This document shows positions 1-8,448 of a stretch of DNA of 64,000 bases, piece by piece. The stretch's first letter is position 1. Each line of letters opens with the position of its first letter. The notes beneath the pieces were generated by a model. It was not told the DNA's origin. It made no database searches and saw nothing but the letters and a program-made list of their open reading frames with translations. A program made the position numbers and the translations under genes. The stretch comes from a virus: the IMG/VR virus record IMGVR_UViG_3300042888_002402; one strand, given 5' to 3'.

Positions 1-1
1 C

Positions 2-286
2 GCCATTGGTATTCATACCCAGTGTAATGTTGTTGTTGATAGACCTGAACCTATTGAATATGTCCAGCGTGTGTTTACCAGCAGCCGGATCTCCGTAGTT
101 GCCGCACATAAACATTTTGTCTAATTGGCGTATTTTATCTTCATTGATCACATTGAGAATTTGACTCATAGAAAGATGATGCTGACGATCTTTTCTAAAG
201 TTTGTGTCAGTTTCTCTAGCACACAACGGGCATGCGGCCTGGCATACGTCCGTGGGTTCGAGATGTAGAACTTTTAAGTCACGCAA
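2..286 (-). CDS. Radical SAM protein, 5' part only (runs off the window); not in the ORF track
   Basis: Manual translation from TTG at 286 (alternative TTG at 292), overlapping the gp46-like stop: LRDLKVLHLEPTDVCQAACPLCARET...MFMCGNYGDPAAG...GMNTNG. Has CxxxCxxC, a GDP (GGEP-like) motif and TNG; frame is open to the window edge. Confidence 0.85.
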   Translation of the reverse strand, partial: MRDLKVLHLEPTDVCQAACPLCARETDTNFRKDRQHHLSMSQILNVINEDKIRQLDKMFMCGNYGDPAAGKHTLDIFNRFRSINNNITLGMNTNG

Positions 287-2042
287 GATCAATGTCCGTG
301 TTGTAGCTAGTAAAGCCGTTTTCTTTGATAACTTTGAGAATGTTCTCCACACGTCCGGCCAGTTCATCGCGATGTGAAACAAGCCAGATTGACTTGTGGC
401 GTTCACGACTCATTTTCTTCAGCAAAGCCAGTGCATTCTCTACACCTTGTGTGTCTAAACCGCTGTCGATCATTTCATCAACAAACAACAAATTGATAGG
501 CTGGTATAAACTTTCCCAGACATCACGGAATGCCCAGCTCATACTCAATATCAATCTGTTGCGTTCGCCACGCGATAAATTATCAAAATCTAATTCACGC
601 CCTAGTTCTTCAATGCTGACTGTTAAATCGTTTTGGAATAACACTGTGTGCGGTAATCCAATACGATCTAGATAGTGTGTGAGCCTTATATTAAGATAAC
701 TTAAATTTTGCTCAATGATTTTTTTGCGAATAAAACTGTCTTTGCTGGTCAATAGTTTAAGCAAGAAATCTTGATGCTCTTGCAATCTTGTGAGTTCATT
801 GAGTGTTTCATAATCAACTGTTTGCAGTGCCTGTCCTTGCATATCTTCAATTTGCTCACCGTATGGATCTACTTCTGCTGACTTGTCTGCAATTTGTTTT
901 TGTAGATTTTCTAGTGTGGCACGGTGCTGAATGGCATCCTCTTCTTTGTCATAGAACATTTTAGGAGGCTTGCCTAACACACCTAATCCTTTGTGTGTGG
1001 CTTCCAGCTGCATGAGATCATGTGTGTACATTTCGGCATTGGCATGAGCTGTGGCCAGATCTTGTTGTTTACTGGCCAGTACTTCTTCATGTTTTTCGTC
1101 ATGCAGATCTTGCCCGCAGGCATGACAAGTATGTTTTTCCAATGCAGCTACGTCTTTGACTATCTTGGCAATTGTTTTTTCTTCTCGACCTAAATCAAGT
1201 TTAATTCGACTGATAGAGCCGGCTAGGTCATTGATATCTTTGCGTTTTTGATCCCAAAGTTTGTGATCCTTGTGCGCTTGTATTTCAACATCAATATCAA
1301 TTTCTTTTAACGCAGTTAGTGCGTTGGTAAGATTGTTAATATCTTCTGTGTGTTTGTTAGACCATAAAGTCTGGCGGCGTTTTATGGCTTCAATTTGTTC
1401 TTCGATTCTTTTGTTAGCTTCGGTAACTGCACGAATTCTAAATTCTTCTTGAGTTATTGCATCTTTAGTTTCTCGATTAAGTTCTTTAATCCTGTCAGCT
1501 CGCTCGCTGAGCATGGTAATGCCTAACAACTGTTCAATGATGGTGCGCTGGTCGTTGGCCTTTAGACTCAGGAACGGTTCTGTGTAAGTGTTAAGTGCCA
1601 GGATATGTTTGAACATATCGTGACTTAGACCTAGAGTTTGTTCAATGGCATCCTGTGTTTCTCTGCTGTCGCCCTGTGCTTCGTCAGTGACCATTTGCTC
1701 TTGATTGTTCACAAAGAATCTTAACACATTGGGTTTGCGACCTCGTTCAATTTTATAATCTCGGCCATTGCAAACAAAGTCTAAACTGACCAACATGTTC
1801 TTCCCATTGGTTTTGTTTACTAAATTATCTTTGCGAATGTTTGAAAGAGCATTGCCATACAATGCATAACTTAAAGCATTGATGATAGTGGTCTTACCTG
1901 TGCCGTTACGGCTTCCATCTCCGCCTAGATCTAGATTTTCGCCTAGCACCAGTGTGAGATCACTACGATCAAAGTCAATGGCCTGTGTGGCATTGCCCAC
2001 ACTCATGAAATTTCGGACAGTAAGATTTTTAATGTGTATCAA
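279..2042 (-). CDS. gp46: Recombination endonuclease ATPase subunit, T4 gp46/SbcC/Rad50-like
   Basis: N-terminal RNFMSVG, Walker A GSRNGTGKT, coiled coil with zinc hook CHAC, signature LSRGE, Walker B LFVDE, H-loop VSHR; same operon as the gp47-like gene. Confidence 0.93.
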   Translation of the reverse strand: MIHIKNLTVRNFMSVGNATQAIDFDRSDLTLVLGENLDLGGDGSRNGTGKTTIINALSYALYGNALSNIRKDNLVNKTNGKNMLVSLDFVCNGRDYKIERGRKPNVLRFFVNNQEQMVTDEAQGDSRETQDAIEQTLGLSHDMFKHILALNTYTEPFLSLKANDQRTIIEQLLGITMLSERADRIKELNRETKDAITQEEFRIRAVTEANKRIEEQIEAIKRRQTLWSNKHTEDINNLTNALTALKEIDIDVEIQAHKDHKLWDQKRKDINDLAGSISRIKLDLGREEKTIAKIVKDVAALEKHTCHACGQDLHDEKHEEVLASKQQDLATAHANAEMYTHDLMQLEATHKGLGVLGKPPKMFYDKEEDAIQHRATLENLQKQIADKSAEVDPYGEQIEDMQGQALQTVDYETLNELTRLQEHQDFLLKLLTSKDSFIRKKIIEQNLSYLNIRLTHYLDRIGLPHTVLFQNDLTVSIEELGRELDFDNLSRGERNRLILSMSWAFRDVWESLYQPINLLFVDEMIDSGLDTQGVENALALLKKMSRERHKSIWLVSHRDELAGRVENILKVIKENGFTSYNTDIDLA

Positions 2043-3181
2043 ATGGTGTCTAGCCTATGGTTTAAAATAGTATTTGAAAATTCTTGAACATAAAACCTGT
2101 GGTTAAATTCAACTGTATCCTGTACACTATACATTAAATCTTTCAACTGGTCAATTGATAGTGCGCCAATTTCCTTGACAATTTTTATCACTGCTCGTAT
2201 GCGATGGTTCGGATCTTGAATTAAATCATAGTCTTCGTTCCATAGATGATCAAAAGTTTTAAATCCTAATTTTTTTATTTGAGCTAAAGATCCAGGTGCA
2301 CCTAAAATTACAAAAGGTCTTTTATACAAGATTGCTCGAAATGTTTTTTCTGTTAGATACGGATACGGGTATTGTAATACAGTCTCAACCGACACGTATA
2401 AAAATGCCTGCTGAACCGACGGAATATCCCACCGATTTATATTTGGTGCACCGGTGATTGTTGTATCTTTCCAATTGTTGGAAAAAAACCAATGGTGTCG
2501 ATTAAAAACGTCTTGCCCAGCAACATCTATGCCAAATCGATCATTAATGTTAGTAAACGGAGTCGTTGTTACAAATATCAAATCAGTTGGCAGGTTTGTA
2601 GTGTCGCTGCTAATCTTTGTTGTGTTTGAAAGTGTGGCCAGGGCGGAATTAAAATGCCAGGACAGAATACCACAGTCTAGCAACTGGTGTTCTCGAAGAT
2701 AGCACAAAAACATGACCCGATGCAATCGTTTGGCACCATTTAAACAGATGTAGGATTTAACAATTTTGTCAACATTGATATCAATTGATTGAGGATTTGG
2801 ATCAGTTTGTTTCAGTAAATAGTTATTTTCAAATATTTGCATGCCAAACTCGTCGGTTACTCCTTGATTTATTTCGCTTGAAATACCATAGTGATTGGTC
2901 AGCAACAGGCAAAAGCACACAGATATGTCCAAATGATTTAAACAGGTCATGAGATTGCTGATAATAAATCCATCTCCGCTGCTTCCATAGTAAAAGTCTG
3001 TGTCATAATGATAAATTAAAATTCGATCATTTGGATCATAATGATCTTTATATGCCAAAGACAAACTCTGGTACAATCGGCCAGGATCATTTGCTAAATT
3101 ATGTAAATTAATTTCGGCTATAATGTTATATTTTGCTTGTAGCCTAGCATAAACCATTGGCCATAGAGGATATGTCAGCAT
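2039..3181 (-). CDS. Hypothetical protein of the 'TEKT' family, putative GT10/GT-B-like glycosyltransferase
   Basis: C-terminal VSVET...YLTEKTFRAILYKRPFVILG...GFKTFDHLWNEDYD is shared with 3 other ORFs here and resembles the GT10 donor-binding motif (FEN...DY.TEK...P...G). Function inferred. Confidence 0.5.
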   Translation of the reverse strand: MLTYPLWPMVYARLQAKYNIIAEINLHNLANDPGRLYQSLSLAYKDHYDPNDRILIYHYDTDFYYGSSGDGFIISNLMTCLNHLDISVCFCLLLTNHYGISSEINQGVTDEFGMQIFENNYLLKQTDPNPQSIDINVDKIVKSYICLNGAKRLHRVMFLCYLREHQLLDCGILSWHFNSALATLSNTTKISSDTTNLPTDLIFVTTTPFTNINDRFGIDVAGQDVFNRHHWFFSNNWKDTTITGAPNINRWDIPSVQQAFLYVSVETVLQYPYPYLTEKTFRAILYKRPFVILGAPGSLAQIKKLGFKTFDHLWNEDYDLIQDPNHRIRAVIKIVKEIGALSIDQLKDLMYSVQDTVEFNHRFYVQEFSNTILNHRLDTI

Positions 3182-3208
3182 AGTAGCTTTGATTTTTTTA
3201 ATGGCATT

Positions 3209-4222
3209 TCATAAATTCTGATAGATTTGCAGCAATAACTTTGAATCAAAGAATTCAGATTCAATATTGGTCAGTTGGTCTGTGACAATTTGATCTACAC
3301 TTTCAAATTTGATTTCGCCAGGCGACATGTCTGTGTCTACTGCTGAATTCTTAACAGGAATCAGTGCCATTTCACGCAGATTATAATCCTTGACAAACGT
3401 ATCTTTGATAAAGTTTGCTTCCTCGTAGCTGATGTCAATGTCTAATTCTACACGAATATGCATATTTGGTGCTAGCAGTGTCGGGGCACTGTCGATTACT
3501 TGACTAAGTTTGAGCACACGATATAATGGTTGTCCTGGCCAAGCATGATATTCCGGCTCATCTCCCCAGTTCAATATCATCATTCCGCGATCTGCATCTC
3601 CGGCATCTGCATAATTATGAGGAAAGCAATTGCCAATGTAATGTATATTTTTACGTTGTTGTCTAAGATGAAAGTGCCCACTAAAGACTCGATCTACACC
3701 ACCAAAATCTTCTGCCGATATTTCTCCATGGTCTGGCATCTCTACCATGGCATTCATTTTGAAATGTGGCAGTTCAAAATGTCCAAACACATATTTGGAT
3801 GTTAATTTGGGCACACGCTTGTGATCATCTCCAACTAGCCAAGGAGCAATAGTTACATCACCATCAGTGAACCAGTCGTTTACAATTTGAATGTTGGGCA
3901 GGTGTCGAGCCCATTCAGTGCTGTAGATATCACGTCGGTCACGATAGTACAAGTCATGATTGCCAGGAATAAAATAAAAGCGATCAAATGCCGCCGAAAG
4001 CTTTTCTAAACTACGCAAACTGTATTGCAAGGTCTGCATGTTTATGCTGGCACGATGATGACTCCAATCACCCAGGAACATGCCAGTCTCACAACCATTT
4101 TTTTTGGCAGTGGCAATAAACCAATCAACAAAATTGCTGCAGTCTTGATTGTGAACAAGACTGTTTGATTTCAGCCCAAAATGTATATCTGTGCAAACTG
4201 CAACTTTTTTAAATAGACTCAT
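3209..4222 (-). CDS. gp47: Recombination endonuclease nuclease subunit, T4 gp47/SbcD/Mre11-like
   Basis: Metallophosphoesterase motifs TDIHFG, GDW, GNHD, GHFE, SGHFH; lies between the gp55-like and gp46-like genes as in T4-like phages. Confidence 0.93.
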   Translation of the reverse strand: MSLFKKVAVCTDIHFGLKSNSLVHNQDCSNFVDWFIATAKKNGCETGMFLGDWSHHRASINMQTLQYSLRSLEKLSAAFDRFYFIPGNHDLYYRDRRDIYSTEWARHLPNIQIVNDWFTDGDVTIAPWLVGDDHKRVPKLTSKYVFGHFELPHFKMNAMVEMPDHGEISAEDFGGVDRVFSGHFHLRQQRKNIHYIGNCFPHNYADAGDADRGMMILNWGDEPEYHAWPGQPLYRVLKLSQVIDSAPTLLAPNMHIRVELDIDISYEEANFIKDTFVKDYNLREMALIPVKNSAVDTDMSPGEIKFESVDQIVTDQLTNIESEFFDSKLLLQIYQNL

Positions 4223-4229
4223 TGAGTAA

Positions 4230-5132
4230 TTATACTACATCATCTAGACTGGAGTAAACCGGACCGGACAACGCCATCATTGAATGTTTGCCAGTGTTTT
4301 GTCGCGTCCATGACGGATTGAGACCATTCATTTCTAATATGTCGTCTCTGATATTTTGATTTTTCTTTTCTAAATTCAAGATACGAGTAAAGCTATTAGT
4401 GATAGCGGCAGTATAATACGCAAAAGGGTTCTGCGATTTTGATTCATCGAACTGAAGTCCGATTTGACTGAGCTGCAACAGGGCTTGTCCGCGCATTTCT
4501 TCATTGTAGGTGTATCCTCTCCAATTTGATCGTGTGGCATAACGCTCACATAACTTCATAAACATAGTAGCCAACTTGCGAGTCATTTCGCCATGATCTC
4601 TGCTGAACTCGCCGTTGACTAAATCGCCTTTCCAATGGCTTTTGCCCACAAGATAAGGAACTTTATTTTCATCTAAGCGATAGTGATAAAATGGAGGAAA
4701 GTTTAATCTAACATGTTTGGGATCCAACACAGGAATTTCCACCAGTTCTGCCAATGGATCTTCCTCCTCCATTTCCAGTTCAAAAATATCTTGAAGCTTT
4801 TGTTTTTTGGCCTCAGCTTTGGTAATCTTTTTAGGCGCCATTGGAATATGCTCCCAACAGGTTATCCTAAACACAAGATCAGTGTTGGCAATCTTTTTAG
4901 GATCTACAATTATACCTTCACGTTTGAGCCGGTCTGCACGATTGCGCCGCGCCTCGGCCACAGTTTTTTGATTGATTTTGTTAACTGCTGGTAAAATAAT
5001 ATCGTATTGGTGATCCAATTTGGGATCACGGAATGTGCAATATGTATTTTTACTTGAATGTATTTCTTTAAGAATATCTCTGTTGTTGAGATAGTTGACT
5101 TTGGCTGGGGTTCTAGCTATAGTTTCTGCCAC
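4230..5132 (-). CDS. gp55: Late-transcription sigma factor, T4 gp55-like
   Basis: YLNNRDILKEI at the N-terminus and RSNWRGYTYNEEM...FDESKSQNPFAYYT...NSFTRILNLEKK match the gp55 pattern. Start moved to GTG 5132, which follows an AGGAGA RBS. Confidence 0.85.
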   Translation of the reverse strand: MAETIARTPAKVNYLNNRDILKEIHSSKNTYCTFRDPKLDHQYDIILPAVNKINQKTVAEARRNRADRLKREGIIVDPKKIANTDLVFRITCWEHIPMAPKKITKAEAKKQKLQDIFELEMEEEDPLAELVEIPVLDPKHVRLNFPPFYHYRLDENKVPYLVGKSHWKGDLVNGEFSRDHGEMTRKLATMFMKLCERYATRSNWRGYTYNEEMRGQALLQLSQIGLQFDESKSQNPFAYYTAAITNSFTRILNLEKKNQNIRDDILEMNGLNPSWTRQNTGKHSMMALSGPVYSSLDDVV

Positions 5133-5156
5133 TGATGTTCTCCTGAATATATATTT

Positions 5157-5184
5157 ATTGTAGCACAAACACAACAGTTGTCAA
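5157..5184 (-). promoter_or_regulatory. Sigma70-type promoter for the gp55-gp47-gp46 operon
   Basis: Minus strand reads TTGACA-N16-TACAAT with an extended -10 (TGc); a TAAATA also lies at 5152-5157. Confidence 0.7.
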
Positions 5185-5218
5185 CCTTAATCATTATATT
5201 TGCCGATTATTTTACTGG

Positions 5219-5224
5219 TAAATA
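5219..5224 (+). promoter_or_regulatory. Putative late promoter (GGTAAATA) at the head of the structural module
   Basis: TAAATA core of the T4 late consensus TATAAATA, 17 nt before ATG 5242; the motif recurs in other intergenic gaps of the structural block. Confidence 0.55.
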
Positions 5225-5241
5225 CTGGACAGAGAACAAAC

Positions 5242-6681
5242 ATGGCCGGACTAACACCAGAAGAACAAGCATTTTATATAGAGGACCTTGCACGAGTAAC
5301 TGAGTCTATTGCTTTTCTGCAACAAAGGATTGCAGAAAATCAAACGGCTATCAACGAAGCACAGGTTCAAATCAATGCGGCCCAACAGACTATTGCAATT
5401 GATCAAGCTAACTTAAATAATCCAGATGTTGATCCTGCCTTCTTGCCGGATATTCGTGAAAACATCGTTGAAGCACAAGCAAGTATCAATCAAAATCAAA
5501 TTGTTATTCAACAATCAACCAACACTATTGCAGTAGACCAAAATCAACTTGGTGAACTGGAATTATTTCAGGAACGAGATCAAGAAGCATTAACAGGAAC
5601 TGCATCACCTAGTCCGGTTTCTACCACTGTAAATGTCCAATCAGTGACCACGGCAGTGGGGGTACCGGTCAGTCAAATAGCTCAATCTGCTGGTGCAGTA
5701 CCAAACAACATTGCCAGGCCAGCAGCATACAACAGCAATGGACAGTTAAATCCAGGCTATGTATTGGATGAAAACAACAATCCTGTGTTTGTGGGTGTCA
5801 ACACCGCGGCCACACCTGTGTCAACTTCGCAGCTGTCAGCGGCACAACAACAGGCCACACTTAGACTGGCTCAACAACAACAGACTATTGCTGCCCAACA
5901 ACGCACAGTAAACTATGGAGATTGGCGAGTCAAGCTAAGTCTGGCGCCCAATGCCAAATATTTGTACAATTCTAGCAATCCTGGGATACTGCAACCATTG
6001 TCCAGCAACAAAGGCACAGGCGGTGTTATATTTCCCTACACTCCGTCAATAGATACTGCGTATCGAGCCAACTATAGCAACTATGATTTAACACATTCGA
6101 ACTATCGAGGATATTTTTATCAAAACAGCTATGTGGATGCAGTAAGCATGCGAGCTACGTTTACTGCTCAGAACACCAATGAAGCAAACTATCTGCTGGC
6201 AGTAATACATTTTTTCCGTTCAGTGACAAAAATGTTTTACGGGGCCAATGACAGTCTACGAGGATCACCGCCACCATTGGTATTTTTAACCGGACTAGGG
6301 TCTTATCAGTTTGCACAACATCCCTGTGTGGTAAGTAGTTTTGCTTATAATTTACCATCAGATGTAGACTATATCCGGGCACTGAGCAACAGCAATCTTG
6401 GAACCAATCAACAAAATCAACAAATAAATCAAAGCACAATTCCCACAAACGGGTCAACCAGCAGCGATAGATTGGCCAATAATGGGCTACCAGCTGGTGC
6501 CACTGCCACACCAAATCCTGCGCCAAACACTGCAGATTTATTAAACTCACCTACCTATGTGCCAACTAAATTAGAAATGACAATAACTTTACTGCCTATA
6601 CAAAGTCGTCAACAAGTAAGTCAAAATTTTAACATGCAAGATTTTGCCAGTGGATCATTGTTAAATGGAGGATACTGGTAA
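5242..6681 (+). CDS. Baseplate/tail-tube initiator-like virion protein (gp48/gp54-like) with N-terminal Gln-rich coiled coil
   Basis: Core DWRVKLSL...GVIFPYTP...FTAQ...FFRSVTKMFYG...PPP.VFL.GLG.YQF...PCVVSSF looks like a tube-fold baseplate protein; first gene of the baseplate operon. ATG 5242 preferred over TTG 5200. Confidence 0.55.
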   Translation: MAGLTPEEQAFYIEDLARVTESIAFLQQRIAENQTAINEAQVQINAAQQTIAIDQANLNNPDVDPAFLPDIRENIVEAQASINQNQIVIQQSTNTIAVDQNQLGELELFQERDQEALTGTASPSPVSTTVNVQSVTTAVGVPVSQIAQSAGAVPNNIARPAAYNSNGQLNPGYVLDENNNPVFVGVNTAATPVSTSQLSAAQQQATLRLAQQQQTIAAQQRTVNYGDWRVKLSLAPNAKYLYNSSNPGILQPLSSNKGTGGVIFPYTPSIDTAYRANYSNYDLTHSNYRGYFYQNSYVDAVSMRATFTAQNTNEANYLLAVIHFFRSVTKMFYGANDSLRGSPPPLVFLTGLGSYQFAQHPCVVSSFAYNLPSDVDYIRALSNSNLGTNQQNQQINQSTIPTNGSTSSDRLANNGLPAGATATPNPAPNTADLLNSPTYVPTKLEMTITLLPIQSRQQVSQNFNMQDFASGSLLNGGYW

Positions 6682-6980
6682 TGGCTTCATACGATTCAAC
6701 TAGTCCTTATTATCTCACTGGGTATAGTCAGTTTTTCTTAGATACTATGATCAATCGTCCCATACCCAAACAACCAGATGATATATTGTTCAAACTAAAT
6801 TTGACTTATCAATACCGACCAGATTTACTAGCATTTGATTTGTACAAAGATTCACGATTGTGGTGGGTGTTTTATCAAAGAAACCCCAATACATTACAGG
6901 CGCCACCATTGGATTTTGCCGCTGGTGTTGCTATATATTTGCCAAAACTTGCTACACTAAAGTCAGCATTGGGATTCTAA
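6681..6980 (+). CDS. Baseplate wedge protein with LysM-like fold, T4 gp53-like
   Basis: 99 aa with YRPDLLAFDLYKDSRLWWVF...N...I.LP, typical of gp53/tail-X LysM-like proteins; position in the baseplate operon. Confidence 0.7.
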   Translation: MASYDSTSPYYLTGYSQFFLDTMINRPIPKQPDDILFKLNLTYQYRPDLLAFDLYKDSRLWWVFYQRNPNTLQAPPLDFAAGVAIYLPKLATLKSALGF

Positions 6981-6981
6981 C

Positions 6982-8433
6982 ATGTCGCAACCACCTATCG
7001 CCAGTTCTGGAGTTATAGCAAGTGTTCAGCAGACTGCCAAAGATGACGGTGCTTTAAATCAAGACCCCAATCAACCTGGTACTGTGCTGACATTAGACGG
7101 CAGAATTATACCAGCTGGAACTCCTACTGCTACTCCTGCTGCTTCAAATACCACGGTGGTCAATGGGCAAACAATATCAGCCACTGATGAAGCAGGAACA
7201 AATGCTCCTTTAAAATCTATAACCCAGACGCAGGCTACTCCTCCGTACAACCCTAATTTGACTGCTCCAGTTGGTACACTGGGCAGTGGAACATTTGGCA
7301 TTTTAAATCAAGACGGTAGTCAAGCAGGACCTAACAGTGGTGTTGGGCAATTTTTTGCTGCAGGGCAACTTCCTGGAGCAGGGTCTGGATCAGGGGTCAA
7401 CAATTTGGCTAACCAAAGCGATGACAATCCGGGGGCTACCAATGCTCCTGCAGGAACACAACAGGTGTTAACACAAACATTTGCTGGACAAATCGTCACA
7501 CAACAAAATCAATTGGATCGATATGCCAGTTATACCTATGCACTGTCGTGGTACTTGCTAACACCAGAACAATATAGTATTTTTCAAACAGGATCAAAAA
7601 ATTCATCGTTGTGGATGTTATTGATGCAGAGCGGCGGTGCTGCGGCTACTCCTACACAGTCTTTTGAAAATAGTGAACAAACATCTTCTAGCATGGGAGG
7701 ACGTAGCCAATTTTTTCCCTATGATTTCTACATGGATGATTTAGAAATTACTACATTAGTTCCATTGGGAGGTACAGGGTTGTGTCATAGTGCCACTGAT
7801 ATAAAATTTAAAATTGTTGAGCCCAATGGCATTACTTTAATCAATAACTTGTACAACGCAGTAACTACGTTGTACAAACAACCTCAGACAACCTCTACCG
7901 CAACAACAGTCAATACCAATGCTACCACGTCTATTCAAAATCCCAATTACCCAATGGCACATTACTGTATGGTCATACATTTTTATGGATATGACCAACA
8001 AGGCAATTTGGTTGCACCTGCTACAGGTTCTTATGGCCCCAATGGCGGCCGTGCCGCAACTGATCCTACAGCAGTGATAGAAAAATATTATCCATTTATT
8101 ATAACAAATTTAAAATATAGAATGGCCAATAAACAAATTGAATATGAATTAACCGGCAAGCCACAAGCACAGAATTATAATCTTGGTACTGATCGCGGCA
8201 GTATCCCGTTTAACTTTAATCTAGCAGGAACCACAGTGGGACAATTGCTGTCAGGTACTGGAATCAGCACTCAAACCAATACCGCAGATCCCGGTGCCAG
8301 AATAACCAACCCTACTCCGCCATCAGCAGGTGCAGGCAGAGGATTTGTCAATCCTCCATTGGTAGGTGATACCAATCCTTCCTATGTCAACAGCACCAAT
8401 GGTAGCGAATCTGTTATAGGAATTGATTTTTAA
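6982..8433 (+). CDS. Virion baseplate hub/tail protein, N-terminal part
   Basis: Low-complexity N-terminus then N.LDRYASYTYALSWY...FYMDDLEI...FKIVEPNGITL...FYGYD; same frame as 8449..10128 with one TAA between them. Confidence 0.5.
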   Translation: MSQPPIASSGVIASVQQTAKDDGALNQDPNQPGTVLTLDGRIIPAGTPTATPAASNTTVVNGQTISATDEAGTNAPLKSITQTQATPPYNPNLTAPVGTLGSGTFGILNQDGSQAGPNSGVGQFFAAGQLPGAGSGSGVNNLANQSDDNPGATNAPAGTQQVLTQTFAGQIVTQQNQLDRYASYTYALSWYLLTPEQYSIFQTGSKNSSLWMLLMQSGGAAATPTQSFENSEQTSSSMGGRSQFFPYDFYMDDLEITTLVPLGGTGLCHSATDIKFKIVEPNGITLINNLYNAVTTLYKQPQTTSTATTVNTNATTSIQNPNYPMAHYCMVIHFYGYDQQGNLVAPATGSYGPNGGRAATDPTAVIEKYYPFIITNLKYRMANKQIEYELTGKPQAQNYNLGTDRGSIPFNFNLAGTTVGQLLSGTGISTQTNTADPGARITNPTPPSAGAGRGFVNPPLVGDTNPSYVNSTNGSESVIGIDF

Positions 8434-8448
8434 TTATTTTTAAATCCT

